DNA from: an uncultured Planctomycetaceae bacterium
GTDB lineage: Bacteria > Planctomycetota > Planctomycetia > Pirellulales > PALSA-1355
Assembly: GCA_963785305.1 (NCBI GenBank)
Contig: CAWAUV010000007.1
Location: 2,172,615-2,236,614, forward strand
Length of the DNA: 64,000 bases
Direction: 5' to 3'
Part shown: one piece after another, positions 32,335 through 45,742 of the stretch
Layout: every line of letters starts with the position of its first letter
How positions within the stretch are numbered: the first letter of the stretch is position 1
Notes under the pieces: generated by a model
Told to the model about the DNA's origin: nothing
What the model saw: the letters and a program-made list of their open reading frames with translations, nothing else
The model's database searches: none
Program-made: the position numbers and the translations under genes

Positions 32335-34097
32335 ATGGCATGCGTCGCTATCCTTGAGCAAGCCCTGCAAATGCATCGGACCGGACGACGCGCCGAGGCC
32401 GAGGCGATGTATCGAAATATTCTAGACTCGCGGCCCGACGACGCGGACGCTTTGCACTACCTGGGTCTATCGGCCTATCAATCGGGCCGCTTCGAAGCCG
32501 CGCTCGACATGATGCGGCGTTCCGTGGCCTTGAGGCCCGACGCGCCGCATTTTCACGGCAACCTGGGAAACGCCTGTCGCGCGGCTGGCTTGTGGGCCGA
32601 GGCCATCGCCGCGTATCTCGAGGCGCTGCGCCGTAATCCGGCGGCGGCGAGCGCCCGCGTCAATCTTGGCAACACGCTGTGGGAGCTCGGCAAACCAGAC
32701 GAAGCCCTGGCGCACTTCGAGCAAGCCTTGTCCCTGGCGCCGAGATGCGCCGAGGCGCATCTTGGCGCCGGCTTGGCGCTCCTGAGCGTCGGACGACTCG
32801 ATGAGGCCCTGGCGGCGTTCGACGCCGCGATCCGCCTCGCTCCCGACCCGCGCCTCGCGCATGACAACCGTTTGTACACGCTCCTTTTTCACCCGGATTA
32901 CGACGCGAGTCGAATTCACGAAGAACATCGCCGCTGGAACCAACAACACGGCGCGTCGTTGGGCCCACGGATTCAGCCGCATTCGGTCAAGCGCACCGCC
33001 AATCGTCGCTTGCGTATCGGCTATGTGTCGCCCGACTTTCGCGAGCATGTGGTCGGGCGCAATCTACTACCGCTTCTTCGCGAGCACGACCACCAACAGT
33101 TCAAAATCGTTTGTTATTCCCTTACGACGCGCCGCGACGCGATGACCGAGCAATTCGCGAAATACGCCGACTCGTGGCACGACATCGTGGGCTTGGGCGA
33201 CGATGCGATGGCCGAACGCGTTCGCGACGACCGCATCAACATCTTGGTCGACCTATCGTTGCACATGGCCGGCAACCGGCTGTCGGTCTTCGCGCGAAAC
33301 CGGCGCCGGTGCAGGTTACATTCGCCGGTTATCCCGGCACGACCGGCCTATCGACCATCGACTACCGACTTACCGATATTCATCTCGATCCGCCGGGACG
33401 CGACGATCATCAATATTCGGAAGAATCGTTCCGCCTGCCCGCTACCTTTTGGTGCTACGATCCGCCGCCCGGCGATCCCGAGGTCGGCCCGCAACCGGCC
33501 TTCCAGGCTGGCCACGTCATGTTCGGCTGCCTGAACAACTTCCGCAAATTAAACGCCCCGCTCTTAAAGCTTTGGGCTCAAGTGCTGAAGTCCGTCGCTC
33601 GCTCGCGGTTGTTGGTGCTGGCTTCCGAAGGCCGCCACCGCGAGTGGATGCTGGACCTCATGGAACAGCAAGGCGTCGGGCGCGATCGCGTGATTTTTGT
33701 CGCCAACCAACCCCGTCGGAAATATCTGGAGCTTTACAACCAGATCGACATCGGTCTCGACACGCTCCCTTACAACGGACACACGACGAGCTTGGATTCC
33801 TTTTGGATGGGGGTTCCCGTGATTACGCTGGCCGGGCAAACCGTCGTGGGTCGGGCCGGCGTGAGCCAACTAAAGAATCTCGGACTGCCCGAATTGATCG
33901 TGCGTGCGCCGGAACAATTCGTGAGCATTGCCGCGGAACTGGCCAACGATTTGCCGCGATTGAGCGGGTTGCGCGCGACGCTGCGCGATCGAATGCGGAT
34001 CTCGCCGTTGATGGATAGCGCTCGTTTTACTCGCGACATCGAAGCGGCGTACCGAAAAATGTGGAATCGCTGGCTCCACAAATCCGGGAAGCAATGA
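32335..34097 (+). CDS. TPR-repeat GT41 glycosyltransferase (SPINDLY/OGT-like; frameshift ~33297)
   Basis: About 5 TPRs (ALHYLG, NLGNA, NLGNTL); RLRIGYVSPDFREHVV, DLSLHMAGNRL, PAPVQV...GYPGTTG, LDTLPYNGHTT...MGVPV. Confidence 0.93.
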
Positions 34098-34331
34098 AAT
34101 GAAATAGCAAACGGCGGACTCTCGACGAAAACAAACCATATCCCAATCATGCTCTAACTCGGAACCTGTATTGTTTCTTGTCTGCCCACGCGTTCAAGGT
34201 GGCTGGTCCGCCAGACCAACCACGAACGCTCCCGCCAAGCAACGGCGCCGCATCGCGGCGGAATCGTGCCGCCGCATGGATTGCCGCCGCCGTTCTTGGA
34301 AACCGAGCGAGGAACAAAATACATGTATTGC

Positions 34332-35372
34332 ATGCGTTCGACGAATTTTAGCGTGAACCGATCGAGATCGGCTCCGCGGGCTTCGGGTTTCACCCTGGTG
34401 GAGTTGTTGGTGGTGATCGCCATCATTGGCGTCTTGGTCGCGTTGTTGCTGCCGGCCGTGCAAGCGGCGCGGGAGGCCGCGCGTTGCGCGTCTTGCTCGA
34501 ACAACCTGAAGCAACTCGGACTCGGATTGTTAAATCATCACGACGCCAAGAAAATGTTCCCGCCCGGCCAGCGGCAGTATACCTATGGTGGGCAAACCTG
34601 GGCTTGGTGCGCATTTATTCTTCCCTATATGGAAGAGAATGCGATCTATGAGCGACTCGTCTTCGAGATCCAGCCGAGTGCGCCTCCGAATTGCATGAAC
34701 CCAACCCAAGGAACGGGCCCGACGCAAATGCCCATTCAGTCATTTATTTGTCCCAGCACATCATTCCTGATCTCGACCCGTGCCGGAAATTTCATTGGGG
34801 ATTGCATGCCCAACGGAGCGCCCGACGGTCGCTGGGAAGAAGGCGAGGGGATGGCCGCATCGGATTACGGCGGCGTGGACGGGCCCGCCTCCGGCACGAT
34901 CAATCCGCTCAGCGGTCAGCCTTATAACCACGACCACGGCGTGCTGCTTACCATCGCATCGCTTCAAACCGCGGTTCCGGGAATCTACACGGCGCAGCAA
35001 ATTCGCGCTCGCGATATTACCGACGGCACTTCGAAAACGATGGCGGTGGGCGAAATCACCGGGCGCGGATACAACGCCCCGGAATCGGAGCTCCGCGGTG
35101 TCTGGGCCGACGGCAACAACGTGTTCGCGGTGCAACTCACCCCGAATTCGCCGCAGCCGCCGCTTTATACATCGTTTCCGGCCCAAAATCCCAGTTTCAC
35201 CACGCCGTGGGGCAACGACGAAATGCGATCCGACCATCCGGCCGGGGTCCAAGTGACGATGTGCGATGGTTCCGTCCAGTTCATTGGAGACGACATCGAT
35301 CTGAACACTCTGTTAGCGCTTAGTTCCCGCGATGGAAACGAGACCATCACGAACGGCGTACTCGGAAACTAG
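34332..35372 (+). CDS. DUF1559 prepilin-type N-terminal cleavage/methylation protein
   Basis: [64 protein letters not shown]. Confidence 0.95.
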   Translation: MRSTNFSVNRSRSAPRASGFTLVELLVVIAIIGVLVALLLPAVQAAREAARCASCSNNLKQLGLGLLNHHDAKKMFPPGQRQYTYGGQTWAWCAFILPYMEENAIYERLVFEIQPSAPPNCMNPTQGTGPTQMPIQSFICPSTSFLISTRAGNFIGDCMPNGAPDGRWEEGEGMAASDYGGVDGPASGTINPLSGQPYNHDHGVLLTIASLQTAVPGIYTAQQIRARDITDGTSKTMAVGEITGRGYNAPESELRGVWADGNNVFAVQLTPNSPQPPLYTSFPAQNPSFTTPWGNDEMRSDHPAGVQVTMCDGSVQFIGDDIDLNTLLALSSRDGNETITNGVLGN

Positions 35373-35444
35373 GCGTTGTCACGGTTGAAATGGCGCCTTG
35401 CGCAAAACGGATTGTCCATCATTTCAGCCGTGACCGAGCGCTGG
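35369..35444. repeat. Short family C palindromic element on the DUF1559 stop codon
   Basis: CTAGGCGTTGTCACGGTTGAAATG...CATCATTTCAGCCGTGACCGAGCGCTGG; right arm near-identical to 13722-13755. Confidence 0.7.
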
Positions 35445-36001
35445 CCTTCTCTTGCACTATTCAACAATCTGCTTGTACTGGCGAGCGCTATCGAAAGGCG
35501 CCGCTCGACGCGGACGCGCGCCGATCATTCGCGCCGACGGGTTCCGCCTCTTTAGCCAGTGCGTTGTCAACGCATGATGTTTCGACAAAGCATCAGTCTG
35601 AAAACTCGATGTATCGCGACATCTTCGCCCGAGGCTCGCGGCCAAACGAGCGGATCGCATGGGCCGACCCGGTTTCATGAAAAACACAAGCTCATGGCCG
35701 ATCCATGAGGACAATTCATGCGCCCTGAACCCTGGACGGTGATCACGACGAAAAAGCGAACGAAAGGGCCGTGCTATTTAGTGAGCAAAATCCGCCGGAA
35801 TAGATTCTTCCTTTTCTATTACTTGGCTAATCTTCGCTAAACAACCATTACCTATAGTGCTGGCGTTCTGTTGTTGAACCTCACGTCGATATCAAGTTCG
35901 TTTCCCGCCTCGAAAGCGGGCCGATCATGCGGTGGCTGACACTCACAACCAAAGAGCAGTCCGAAATACAAGGCTGCTTGGCAACTCAAGGGGAAATTCT
36001 T

Positions 36002-39000
36002 ATGGCGCCCAGGCGGAATATCGGTCGCGGCAATCGAAAGCGGCAAATCCTCTCCACTTCGCGACAACTTCGCGGCGCCGCGTTTACCCTGGAAGAACTC
36101 GAGTGTCGCACCCTGATGACAGTCGCGCCGTTCACCGCCGGCGATCTGGTCGTGATGCGGGCCGACGACGGTGGCTCGGTGGGTATCAACAACGATGGCG
36201 CCCCGGCGTTTCTCGACGAATACACCCCGTCGGGCACATTGGTGGAATCGATCGCGTTGCCTTTTAATTCCACGCAGTCCAACCTTTATCCGGGAAGCTC
36301 GGATTATTCCCCCGCGGTTGGTGGCGCCGGATCTTCGAATCCGAACCCCTTCGTGATCAGCGCGTCGGCGGGCCCGGCCGGTTATCTCTCGCTCTCGCCC
36401 AATGGCCAATACCTTTCGTTCGCCGGCTACGACGCGTCGCTGCCTTCCACCGTGTCGCTCAAGGGCAGCAGCGACCTGCGCGAGGTGGCCACGGTAAACA
36501 TCAATGGAACGCTCGACGACTCCACCGCGCTCAATAATCTGGCCACCGCCAATACGCCCAGCGCCGCCTTCACGCTCGATGGCACGAACATTATCGCCGG
36601 CACAAGTCAGCTTCCGGTCATCGATTTCGTGACGCAAAACGACGCCAATCCACCCACTGCGGGAACGGAAGTCTTTACCGCCAGCTCCGGCCCAAATTCC
36701 ATCCCATCGGGCGGCTCCTTTGCCTATTTCGATGGCGTGCTCTATGTCGACACCGGCAGTGGCTCCGCCGGCGAGGGCGGCATCTACGAAATCACGCCCG
36801 CGGCGACCGATACCGCGGGTTTGGCCACGGGCGTTCCCACCACCGCCGGCGCCACCGCCACGGAGCTTAGTTTCAACAATGTGCCCCTGATCGCTCCGGC
36901 CGGAACCGTTACTGGCTCCTTGAACACGAGCACGACCACCGCCGTGGCGGAGTCCCCGCAGTTGGGCGATGTGTTCTTCGCCACCTTGGATCCTCAAGCT
37001 CACGAGGGCTCGGGTGGCCAAGGGGCCACTCAGCCCGACACGCTCTACGCGACCAACAGCAAAGGCTCGTATGTCGATGTCAACGGCGTAATGACCGCCG
37101 ACGGAGGTGAGGTCGATAAATATGTCGCGACGAGCTTCAACGCCACCACGGGCGCTCCCACCGCTTGGACATTCGCCGGTTTTGTCGCCTCCTCGACCCT
37201 CGCCGATGGCGGCGCCACCGGGCTGACCGGCTACTCGACCGGCTCCTCCGTCGTTCTGTATGCCCAAAGCGGTAACTCGAACCAGAAGTCGGTAACCGGC
37301 AGCGGTTCGCTCTTTGCTTACACGGATACGAGCGGGGCGAGCCTTACGGCTCTTAATGGAGGCGCGGTCGATTCAAACGGCAACATCGACTACACGCTCA
37401 ACGCCAGCAGCTACATGACCGGCTTTGCCCCTGGGAATGGAACCTTGACAACCACGCCGGGTTCTTACACCAGCCCGGTCCAGTTGCCGACCACGGCCAG
37501 CATGACGGTTATTGCGACTCATACCAATGACGAGGGTTTCCGGGGCATCGCGTTCGTGCCCAGCGTGGCGCCAACGCTCACGTCGCCCACCGCGGTCGCC
37601 CTGCCATCGATCGCCGAGAATGTGGCCTCGAACACCAATTCCGGCGAGCTCGTGTCGACATTGATCTCCGCCGCGGGCGGAATCACCGACACCACGGGCG
37701 ATGCCCAGGGCATCGCGATCACGGCCGCCGACCAGACAAACGGCGCTTGGCAGTTCAGCACCAACGGCGGCGCCACCTGGACCAACTTCCCCGCCTCGGT
37801 CTCCAGCGGCAACGCCGTGACCTTGGCCTCGAATAGTTCGACCTATGTCCGTTTCACGCCGGCCGCGAACTACAACGGCAGCGCCCAATTGACCTTCAGC
37901 GCTTGGAATCAAAGCGAGGGCACGAACGGCGGCACGTTCGACATCACCTCGACCGGCGGAGGCTCGCCGTTCAGCTCGAACTCGACCACCGCGACCCAAA
38001 CCGTGACCTATGTCGCTCAGCCGCCGTCGTTCGTCCGCGGCGCCGATCAATCGGTCGTGACCAACGCGGGCGCCATCAGCGTGACCGGTTGGGCCACGAA
38101 TATCCAAGAGGGCGCCTCCCACGGCGCGGTGTCGCAGGTCAGCCAAACCTTGACTTTCAATGTGATGAACAACAACAACAGCTTGTTCTCGTCGCAGCCC
38201 GCGATCTCGACCAACGGCACATTGACCTACACGCTGGCCTCGGGCGCCAGCGGCGTGGCCACGGTGACGGTCTCCCTCTCGGACAACGACGCGACCGGCA
38301 CTGGCCAAAACACATCGGCCACGCAGACCTTCCAGATCGCCGTCACGCCGGTGGGCGGCGTGCAACCGCCGACGAACTCGATTCCGTTCGCTCCGCTCTC
38401 GATGCTCGAAAACGGCGCCGTGGCCACTTCGCTGGCCTTCACGGGCTCGAACACCGTATCTTTCACCGATCCGAATTCCGACTCGGCCACGGCGACGGAC
38501 CAAATCGCCATCGCCGTCACCGGCGGAACCATCGTGATCAGCACTACCGGCCTCACGGGCAGCGGCAGCGGCACGAGCAGCCTCTCATACACCGGGTCGG
38601 TGAGCGCTTTGAACACCGCCCTGGCGTCGCTCGTGTTCACGCCGACAGCCGACAGCACCACGGCGGCGACGATCGCGCTCACGACCACGGCCGTGACCAC
38701 CGGCGGCTCGGCTTCCGCCTCCGACGCCATCAACGTCAACATCACCCCGGTCAACCAGCCGCCGTCGTTCACGCCCGGTCCCACGATCAACGCCAACGAA
38801 AACAGCGGGTCCTTCTCGTATTCGAACTGGGCCACGAACATTTCGCCTGGACCGGCGAGCCAATCCGGGCAAGCGGTCAGCTTCTCGGTCAGTGTTCCCG
38901 CCGCCGAGCAATCGTTGTTCTCGGTACAGCCCGCGATTTCGGCGAGCGGCACGCTCACGTTCACACTGGCCCCCAACCAATTGGGAACCGCGGCGCTGAC

Positions 39001-42000
39001 GATCACGCTGACCAACAGCGGCGGCTCGAGCTACACGCCGGTGAACGCCACGGTTGTCAATATTCAAGCCTACGACGTGGCGCCCACGGTCACGATGCCC
39101 GGACCGCAGCGTCTGGTGGAGGGCGACTCGTTGGTATTCTCCGGCGCCGAATACAACCAGATCGGAGTGAACGATCTTGATGCGTTCACCAGCAAAGAGC
39201 AATTGACCGTCAGCATTCCCAGCGGCGATGGCACGCTGACGCTGGGCCCCGACAACACCGGGTTGGCGGCCGCCACCTATGTGGGCAATGGCACGGGAAC
39301 CAATGGCCTGACCAACGCGAATTCCATTGTGGTCACCGGCGAAATCTCGCAGTTGCAAGCCGTGCTCAACGGCATGACCTACACGCCGCCCTCGTCGACC
39401 TTCACCGGCGCGGTCACGCTGACCGTTGCCGACGACGACCTCAGCTCGGTGACGCCCGGTCCGCTCACCACGACCGGCGCCGTGACGATTAACGTGGTCA
39501 CGGCGCCCACCTTGGTCATTAGCCAGTTGATGTTGAATCCGGCGACTCCGGTCACGAACAACCAGTACATCGAAATCCAAGGTCCCGCCAACTACACGAT
39601 TCCCACCGGCACGTATCTGATCGCCGTGTCGGGAAGTCAGCAGAGCTTTAACCTGGAGAACTCCAGCGGAACCCAAACCGTCGTGAACACTCCGGCGGGG
39701 ACCGTCTACGACACGTTCAATTTGAGCGGCGTCACGACCGGCAGCGATGGCGAGATCGTGATTCTGCAAGACCAGAACACCTACAACGACAACACCGAGG
39801 CGACCGTCGCTGGCTACACCTATGGCGAAGGCGGATATGGAGTGATCGATCCGCGGGCCACGGTGCTCGACAATACCTTCAGCAGCGGCGTCGGCTTCGG
39901 CAATAACTTGGCTGTTCCGGGCACCAGTTCCGTCGGCCACGAATCGATTTACCGCGCTGGCCAGGACACCAATATTCTCAAGGCTGGGAATGGGGCCTCG
40001 GTCACGTACATGTTGATCAATTCTCCCACGCCAAGCTACGACCCGACGCCTGGCGACGAGCTCGATGAACCGCTCAACACGGCGCCCACCGGCACGCTGC
40101 ACGGGGCCGAATACGCCAGTTGGAACGTGATGGACTCGGTGGGCATGACGGAGCCATCGTTGGGCACGGGCCCTGGCGATGTTTCCTATGGATTCATCAA
40201 TTTCGAGGACGATAGCGATCTTCACTCGACCAACTACGCCACGCCATCGAGCTCGACCAACATTCCCGTGCCGTTCACGGCCGGATTCGTGGGGCGCGTC
40301 AATTCCGACACCGGCTCCGTCGCCAGCGATTGGGTGGCCAGCAGCGGCATCAACGGCGCCCAGCCATTTTTTGCCCTCGGAAACGCGAGCAACACGGAGC
40401 CCACGAGCGACGCGAACCTGCCGCTAAACAACATTGGGGGGCCGAATTTCGACAATGTTCCGGCCAACGTGGTCACGACCTCGGAAGGCACGACCAACAC
40501 CGAGCTCCAGTATGACTTGGGCGTCGGCGCCGTCACGCTCGATTCCAATGTCACCGTCACCAATCCGTTCGCCGACGTCAACGGAAACACGACCACGAAC
40601 CCCAACGGTTACAACAACAATCCCAACGGTTATTTCCTCGGTTCGGCCACCGTGGCCATTACCACCAACTACAGCGCGTCCACGGATGTGCTCGGTTTCA
40701 CCAACACGGCGAACATCACGGGAAAATTCACGACCGAAACCGTGGGAACCACCGTCGAGGGAGTGCTCACCCTGACCGGCTACGATACGATGGCCGATTG
40801 GGACGCCGCCCTGCAATCGGTGACTTTCGATTACACGGGCGCCGAGCTCGCCGATCCCACGACGCGCGCCATCACCTTCTCGGCGCCCGACGGATTGGTC
40901 GCCAGCAACGTCGCCACCGACTTGATCCAACTCAATGGCGCGGTGGCCAACCCACCGATCGTGACCGGCACATCCTCGAGCGCCCTGACCTGGACACAGG
41001 CCGTGCCGCAGACCACGCCGCCGCCCTCGGTTCTCTTGGCGCCCGGCCTTGGCATCAGCGATGCATCCGCCTCGCAGTTGACCAGCGCCACCGTGCAGAT
41101 CACGAGCGGAGAAATCACGGCGGAAGACACGTTGAGCTACAACGCCTCGGTGGCCGCGACCGACGGGATCACCGTCTCCGGAACGCACAAGCTCACGCTC
41201 ACGCCCACCTCGGGCTCCTCGGCCAGCCTGGCGGCTTTTCAAGCCGTCTTGGACACCGTGACATATTCCAATGTCAGTGAAAATCCCACCGCCACGCCAC
41301 GCACGATCACTTTCACGGTCGTCGACTCCAATAGCATCACCTCGGCGATCACCGCGAGTTCGCAACAGGTGATCAATGTCGTGCCCGTGAATATCCCGCC
41401 GACCACGACCAACACCTCGGGCGCCGATAGCTATACCACGGGAAGCCCGTCGATCTTCGTCGATCAGGGCGTGACGGTGACGGATCCGGATAATTCGGCT
41501 TTGGTGGGCGCCACCGTGAGCATCACCGGCGGGTTTCAGCCGGGCGACACGTTGTCGTTCAATAATGATGTCGGCGGTCTAACGGGAACCTATAACGCCA
41601 CGACCGGCGTGCTCACGCTCGGCGGCTCCGGATTGACGCCGACCGATTACCAAGTCGCCATGGCCGCGGTCACCTTTTCCACGACCGCAGGGAGTGGCAC
41701 TCGCACCATCTCGTTCCAAGCCGACGACGGAGCGACCGACCCGACCGTCGACGGCAATATCTCGACCAAGACAGTCGTGGTCACGGGCGTGTCGAGCAGT
41801 CCGATCATCACCACCTCGAGCGGAACCACGTCGGTCACGGCCGGGGCCGCCGGGGCGATCGATCCGAACATCGCCCTGGCCGATAGCAACGCCTCGCCCA
41901 GCTACACGGCCACGGTGAGCATCACCGCCGGCAGGCAAACCGGCGACACGCTCGCCCTGGTCACGCAAAACGGCATCTCGGGCTCGTACAACAGCGGGAC

Positions 42001-43397
42001 CGGCGTGCTCACGATCTCGGTGAGCGGCACGCCCACCGCGGCCCAGATGCAGGCCGCCCTGGCCTCGGTCACGCTCGACGCGACCACGCTGGGCGGCACG
42101 CGGACGATCTCCTACAGCGTGACCGACAACAGCTTGGCGAGCAATGTGGCGACCAAACAGGTGAGCGTCGTGGCTCCGGCCACGATCACGGGGGTATACG
42201 TGAGCGGCAGTGCTTGGACGTCGCAATTCCTCACTTACCTGGGTTCGAACTCGCTCGGCAGCGCGACGCTCGGTTATGAACTCCAGACGGGGGCATCGCA
42301 GTTGCTCACGTTGCCCTGGATTAACATGGATACGATCTCGGTGCAGTTCAGCGAAAGCGTGAACGTGACCAGCGCGCTGCTCGACGCTTCGCCGATTATC
42401 GGTTCGTCCACCAGTGGCTATACCACGCCGAGCCTCTCGAGCGCGACCTACAATAGTACGACGCATGTCGCGACCTGGACGTTCGCCAGCCCGCTGACGG
42501 ACAACAAGTATCTGGTCGTGATTCCCGCGGCCGACGTGACCGACGCAAACGGGGCCAGCATCTCCGGGGCCTTTACCAACACGACGGACGTGTTCGGGCA
42601 CGATGACGCCGGGCTCCACGCTGCCCTCGGGCAACGGCCTCTCGGGCGGCGACTTCGCCTTCCGCTTCAATGTGCTGCCGGGCGACGACGAGCAGGTCGG
42701 AACCAACACCACCGGTTTCAGCGTTAGTTCCACGGAAGAAGTCGCGGTTCGAAATTACTTTCTCAAGTCGACAACCAGCTCTGGTTTCAACCCCTATTTC
42801 GATGTCGATGGCGCAAAATCGATTTCCAGCACCGAAGAGATCGAAATCCGGCAGTACTTGCTCAAGAAGTTGCCGGCGAACGATCCGGTCTACAACAGCG
42901 TGACCTACAACACGGCCCCGGCCGGCGGAGTCGCGGCGCCGATGAATTCGGTGAGCTCGCCGAGCATCATTACCGCGGCCGATGGCGCGGAGTTCATGTA
43001 CTTGGCGGCGATTGGCGGTAGCTCGAGCGACGCGGAAACACCGACCGCCCAATCGCCGCAAAGCGCGATCGCTTCCTCGTCGATCGCCATTCCATCCGCC
43101 GCTCCATCCACCGTTCCGCTCGCGACGCCGGCCTCGGCAAGCATTGCGGCCCCCGCCACTTTGCCCGCGAACACGCTTGCCGCCACGGTGTCGACGAGCT
43201 CCGTTTCAACGACGCTGGCCAGCATCATGCCGCAAGACACGCTCCATGTCCAAGGCGTGACTCTGACTCCGGCGTTGGTTCAAGAGGTGCATGAAGACCT
43301 CCTGAAAACCGTGGCGATCAATAACGGTTCGAGCGAAGTTATCGACAAGGTCTTCACCAGCTTCGACGCTCTCGAATACCTCCACGAAATCGAGTGA
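36002..43397 (+). CDS. Giant (~2,460 aa) planctomycete extracellular protein: LEPR-XLL motif, putative beta-propeller, cadherin/Ig-like repeats, lamin-tail-like domain, C-terminal dockerin-like module (frameshift ~42590)
   Basis: FTLEELECRTLMT; FTAGDLVV...FLDEYT...FRGIAF; VNQPPSF/QPAIS..GTLT repeats; LVISQLMLNP...QYIEI; TGVLTL...RTITF repeats; FRFNVLPGD then duplicated SSTEE..R.Y.LK. Confidence 0.88.
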
Positions 43398-43680
43398 AAA
43401 ACTCGGATAAAGCCCCCTGAAATACAAGACTCGTTAGGGTGCGGTTAGAAGTTCGTTAGATCGATTGATGCGGCGCTTCCCCAGAGTACTATAGGGTCGC
43501 ACGAGCAACGTATTGGTTACCTTGCCGGCGACTTGATTCTCGAATCGCTTGACCCTGGCAGAACGCCACTGAAGTCAAACAGTTTTGAATCCGAAGCGCG
43601 TGAATTGTCTTGGCCGGGCATCCGTCCCGACAAACCAAGCAAGCCACGCCAGAAAAAGTCGCTAACACAAAGGTAACAGA

Positions 43681-44376
43681 ATGATGCGGTGTATCCTGTA
43701 TAAGGCTTATAGAAGTTTCATGTCGCGCGGCCCTTTTGCCGCCGGGCTTGCAATTTTGGCTCTCGGCGCCACGCAAGCCTTTGCTCAAGGCGTTGTCGAT
43801 ATTGTCGCCCCGACGATCACCGTACCGGCTTCCGCGAACGGCGAATCGGGCATTCTTGACGTGCTCGTCACCTCGACACTAACTTCGCAGCCAACCGTCG
43901 CCGGCTGGTCGGCCGAGGTTCAAATGACTGTTCCGGGCACGGGACCTGGCGCGAATGCGACGCTGAACGTCGGTTCCGCGACAACCACGCCCGATGGGTA
44001 CCCGTACATCTTCGGCACGAGCAGCACACCCACTGTTGCTCAAGAAGCGCCCAACGATGTCGCTGGAACCGATGGACTGGCCTCTGGCGCCGTGCCACTT
44101 TCGGCTTCGCTCGGGCTCTTGAGCTTCAGCTACGATATTCCCGCCGGCGCCACCGGCACATTCCCGCTCGACTTGGTTTCAAACAATATTACGACCGGAC
44201 TCGTCGATGGTTCGAGCAATCCAATTGCCGCGACGTTCGTCAACGGCTCCATCACTGTCACGCCTACCCCAGAGCCAAGCACCATCGTCACGGCCATCAT
44301 CGCTGCTGGAACACTCCTTGCCGCCCACGTGGTCCGAATGCGACGTCAGGCGGCTTCGCGGCCGGCGATCGCTTGA
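43681..44376 (+). CDS. Small secreted cohesin-like protein with PEP-CTERM anchor
   Basis: Signal peptide (alternative start 43720) ending AFA-Q; ~150-aa beta-sandwich ending LSFSYDIPAGATGTFPL...FVNGSITV; then TPEPST + TM helix + RMRR. Confidence 0.8.
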   Translation: MMRCILYKAYRSFMSRGPFAAGLAILALGATQAFAQGVVDIVAPTITVPASANGESGILDVLVTSTLTSQPTVAGWSAEVQMTVPGTGPGANATLNVGSATTTPDGYPYIFGTSSTPTVAQEAPNDVAGTDGLASGAVPLSASLGLLSFSYDIPAGATGTFPLDLVSNNITTGLVDGSSNPIAATFVNGSITVTPTPEPSTIVTAIIAAGTLLAAHVVRMRRQAASRPAIA

Positions 44377-44729
44377 GCGGAGCGCCGTTCATTCGACAGG
44401 GCGGGCATACGCATGGTGAGGTGGACCCCGCAGTCGAAATAGTCGCTCCTCGCTTAAGGATCGCCCGCCAGTTTCCAACCTGGAAATCGGCTGCCAACCG
44501 CGAAACCAAAGGCTCTTCTCCCCGCGAGAAGAGCCTTTTTGCGTATATGTTGCCGATTTTGCGACTCGTGACGTTGGACCGACGCCGCCCGCGCGACTGG
44601 TCAATGCCGCTTGCCGCTCGAACCCTTGGCCAAGTACGATGGAAAGATCGGGCGAATGGTTCGGCGCATGGTTCTTCATGGGCCGACGATGGTCCGCCGC
44701 GCCGCTCATTGGACTTTGGCCGCCACTCC

Positions 44730-45742
44730 ATGAATCTCGAACTCGAAAGCGCTGGCGATGTTCCCGAGCGCGCAGCGCTCTGCGCGACGCGAACATCGCG
44801 AAGCTTGACGATCCGACGCGCGGCGAAATTCGCGAGGTCCTCGCCGAAGCTTCCCGGCGGGCGATCCTCGAACGCGACGACGTCGCCACTCGCTGGTGGC
44901 GTCTCGAACAAACGCTCGGCGCCGAACGCTGTCGGCAACTGAGCGTCTTTCGCCTGCCAGATCGCTTTCGCCTTTCGGTCGTCATGCCGTGTTTCAACGA
45001 AGCCGCCACGCTCGATGAAGCGTTGGCCCGCGTGTTCGACTCTGGATTGCCTCTCGAAGTGATCGCGGTCGACGATGGCAGCCGCGATGCGAGTCGCGAG
45101 ATTCTCGCCCGCTGGCGGCGGCTTCGCCAAACCGACGATGCCCGACTGCATGTGCTGACCCACGAGCGCAATCAGGGCAAAGGCGCCGCGCTCAAGACGG
45201 GCTTCCTGGCCGCGACGGGCGATGTGGTTGTCGTGCAAGACGCGGATCTTGAATACGACCCGCTCGACTTCTGGCGCCTCGCGCGGCCGATCGTGCTCGA
45301 CCAAGCCGATGTCGTATTCGGCAGCCGCTTTCTCGCGGCGGCCAATGGGTCCCCCCATGACGCGCCACCTCGCGACCATGCCGACGAGCAATCCGCGGCC
45401 GCCATCCCCCGCCCCGCGATGCCCTATCGCTGGCAATCGCTGGGCAATCGCTTCATCACGCGAGTGTCGAATCATTTTACCGGCCTGGGGTTGACCGATA
45501 TCGAAACCGGCTACAAGGCGTTTCGCCGCGAAGTGATCGCTCGCATCGCGCCCACGTTGGTCGAGAAGCGGTTTGGCGTCGAGCCGGAGCTGGTGGCCAA
45601 GGTGGCCCGACTGCCGGGAGTGCGGGTATTGGAAACGCCGATCACGTACACCGGGCGCACCTATGCCGAAGGCAAGAAGATCGGCTGGCGCGACGGGGCG
45701 CGAGCGCTCTACGCGGCGGCGCGGCATGGAGGGCGCCGATGA
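44730..45742 (+). CDS. GT2 glycosyltransferase (DPM1-like); start uncertain, possible frameshift ~44780
   Basis: LSVVMPCFNE, VDDGSRD, NQGKGAAL, QDADLEYDP, TDIETGYK, FGVEPE, GKKIGWRDG. Confidence 0.92.
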
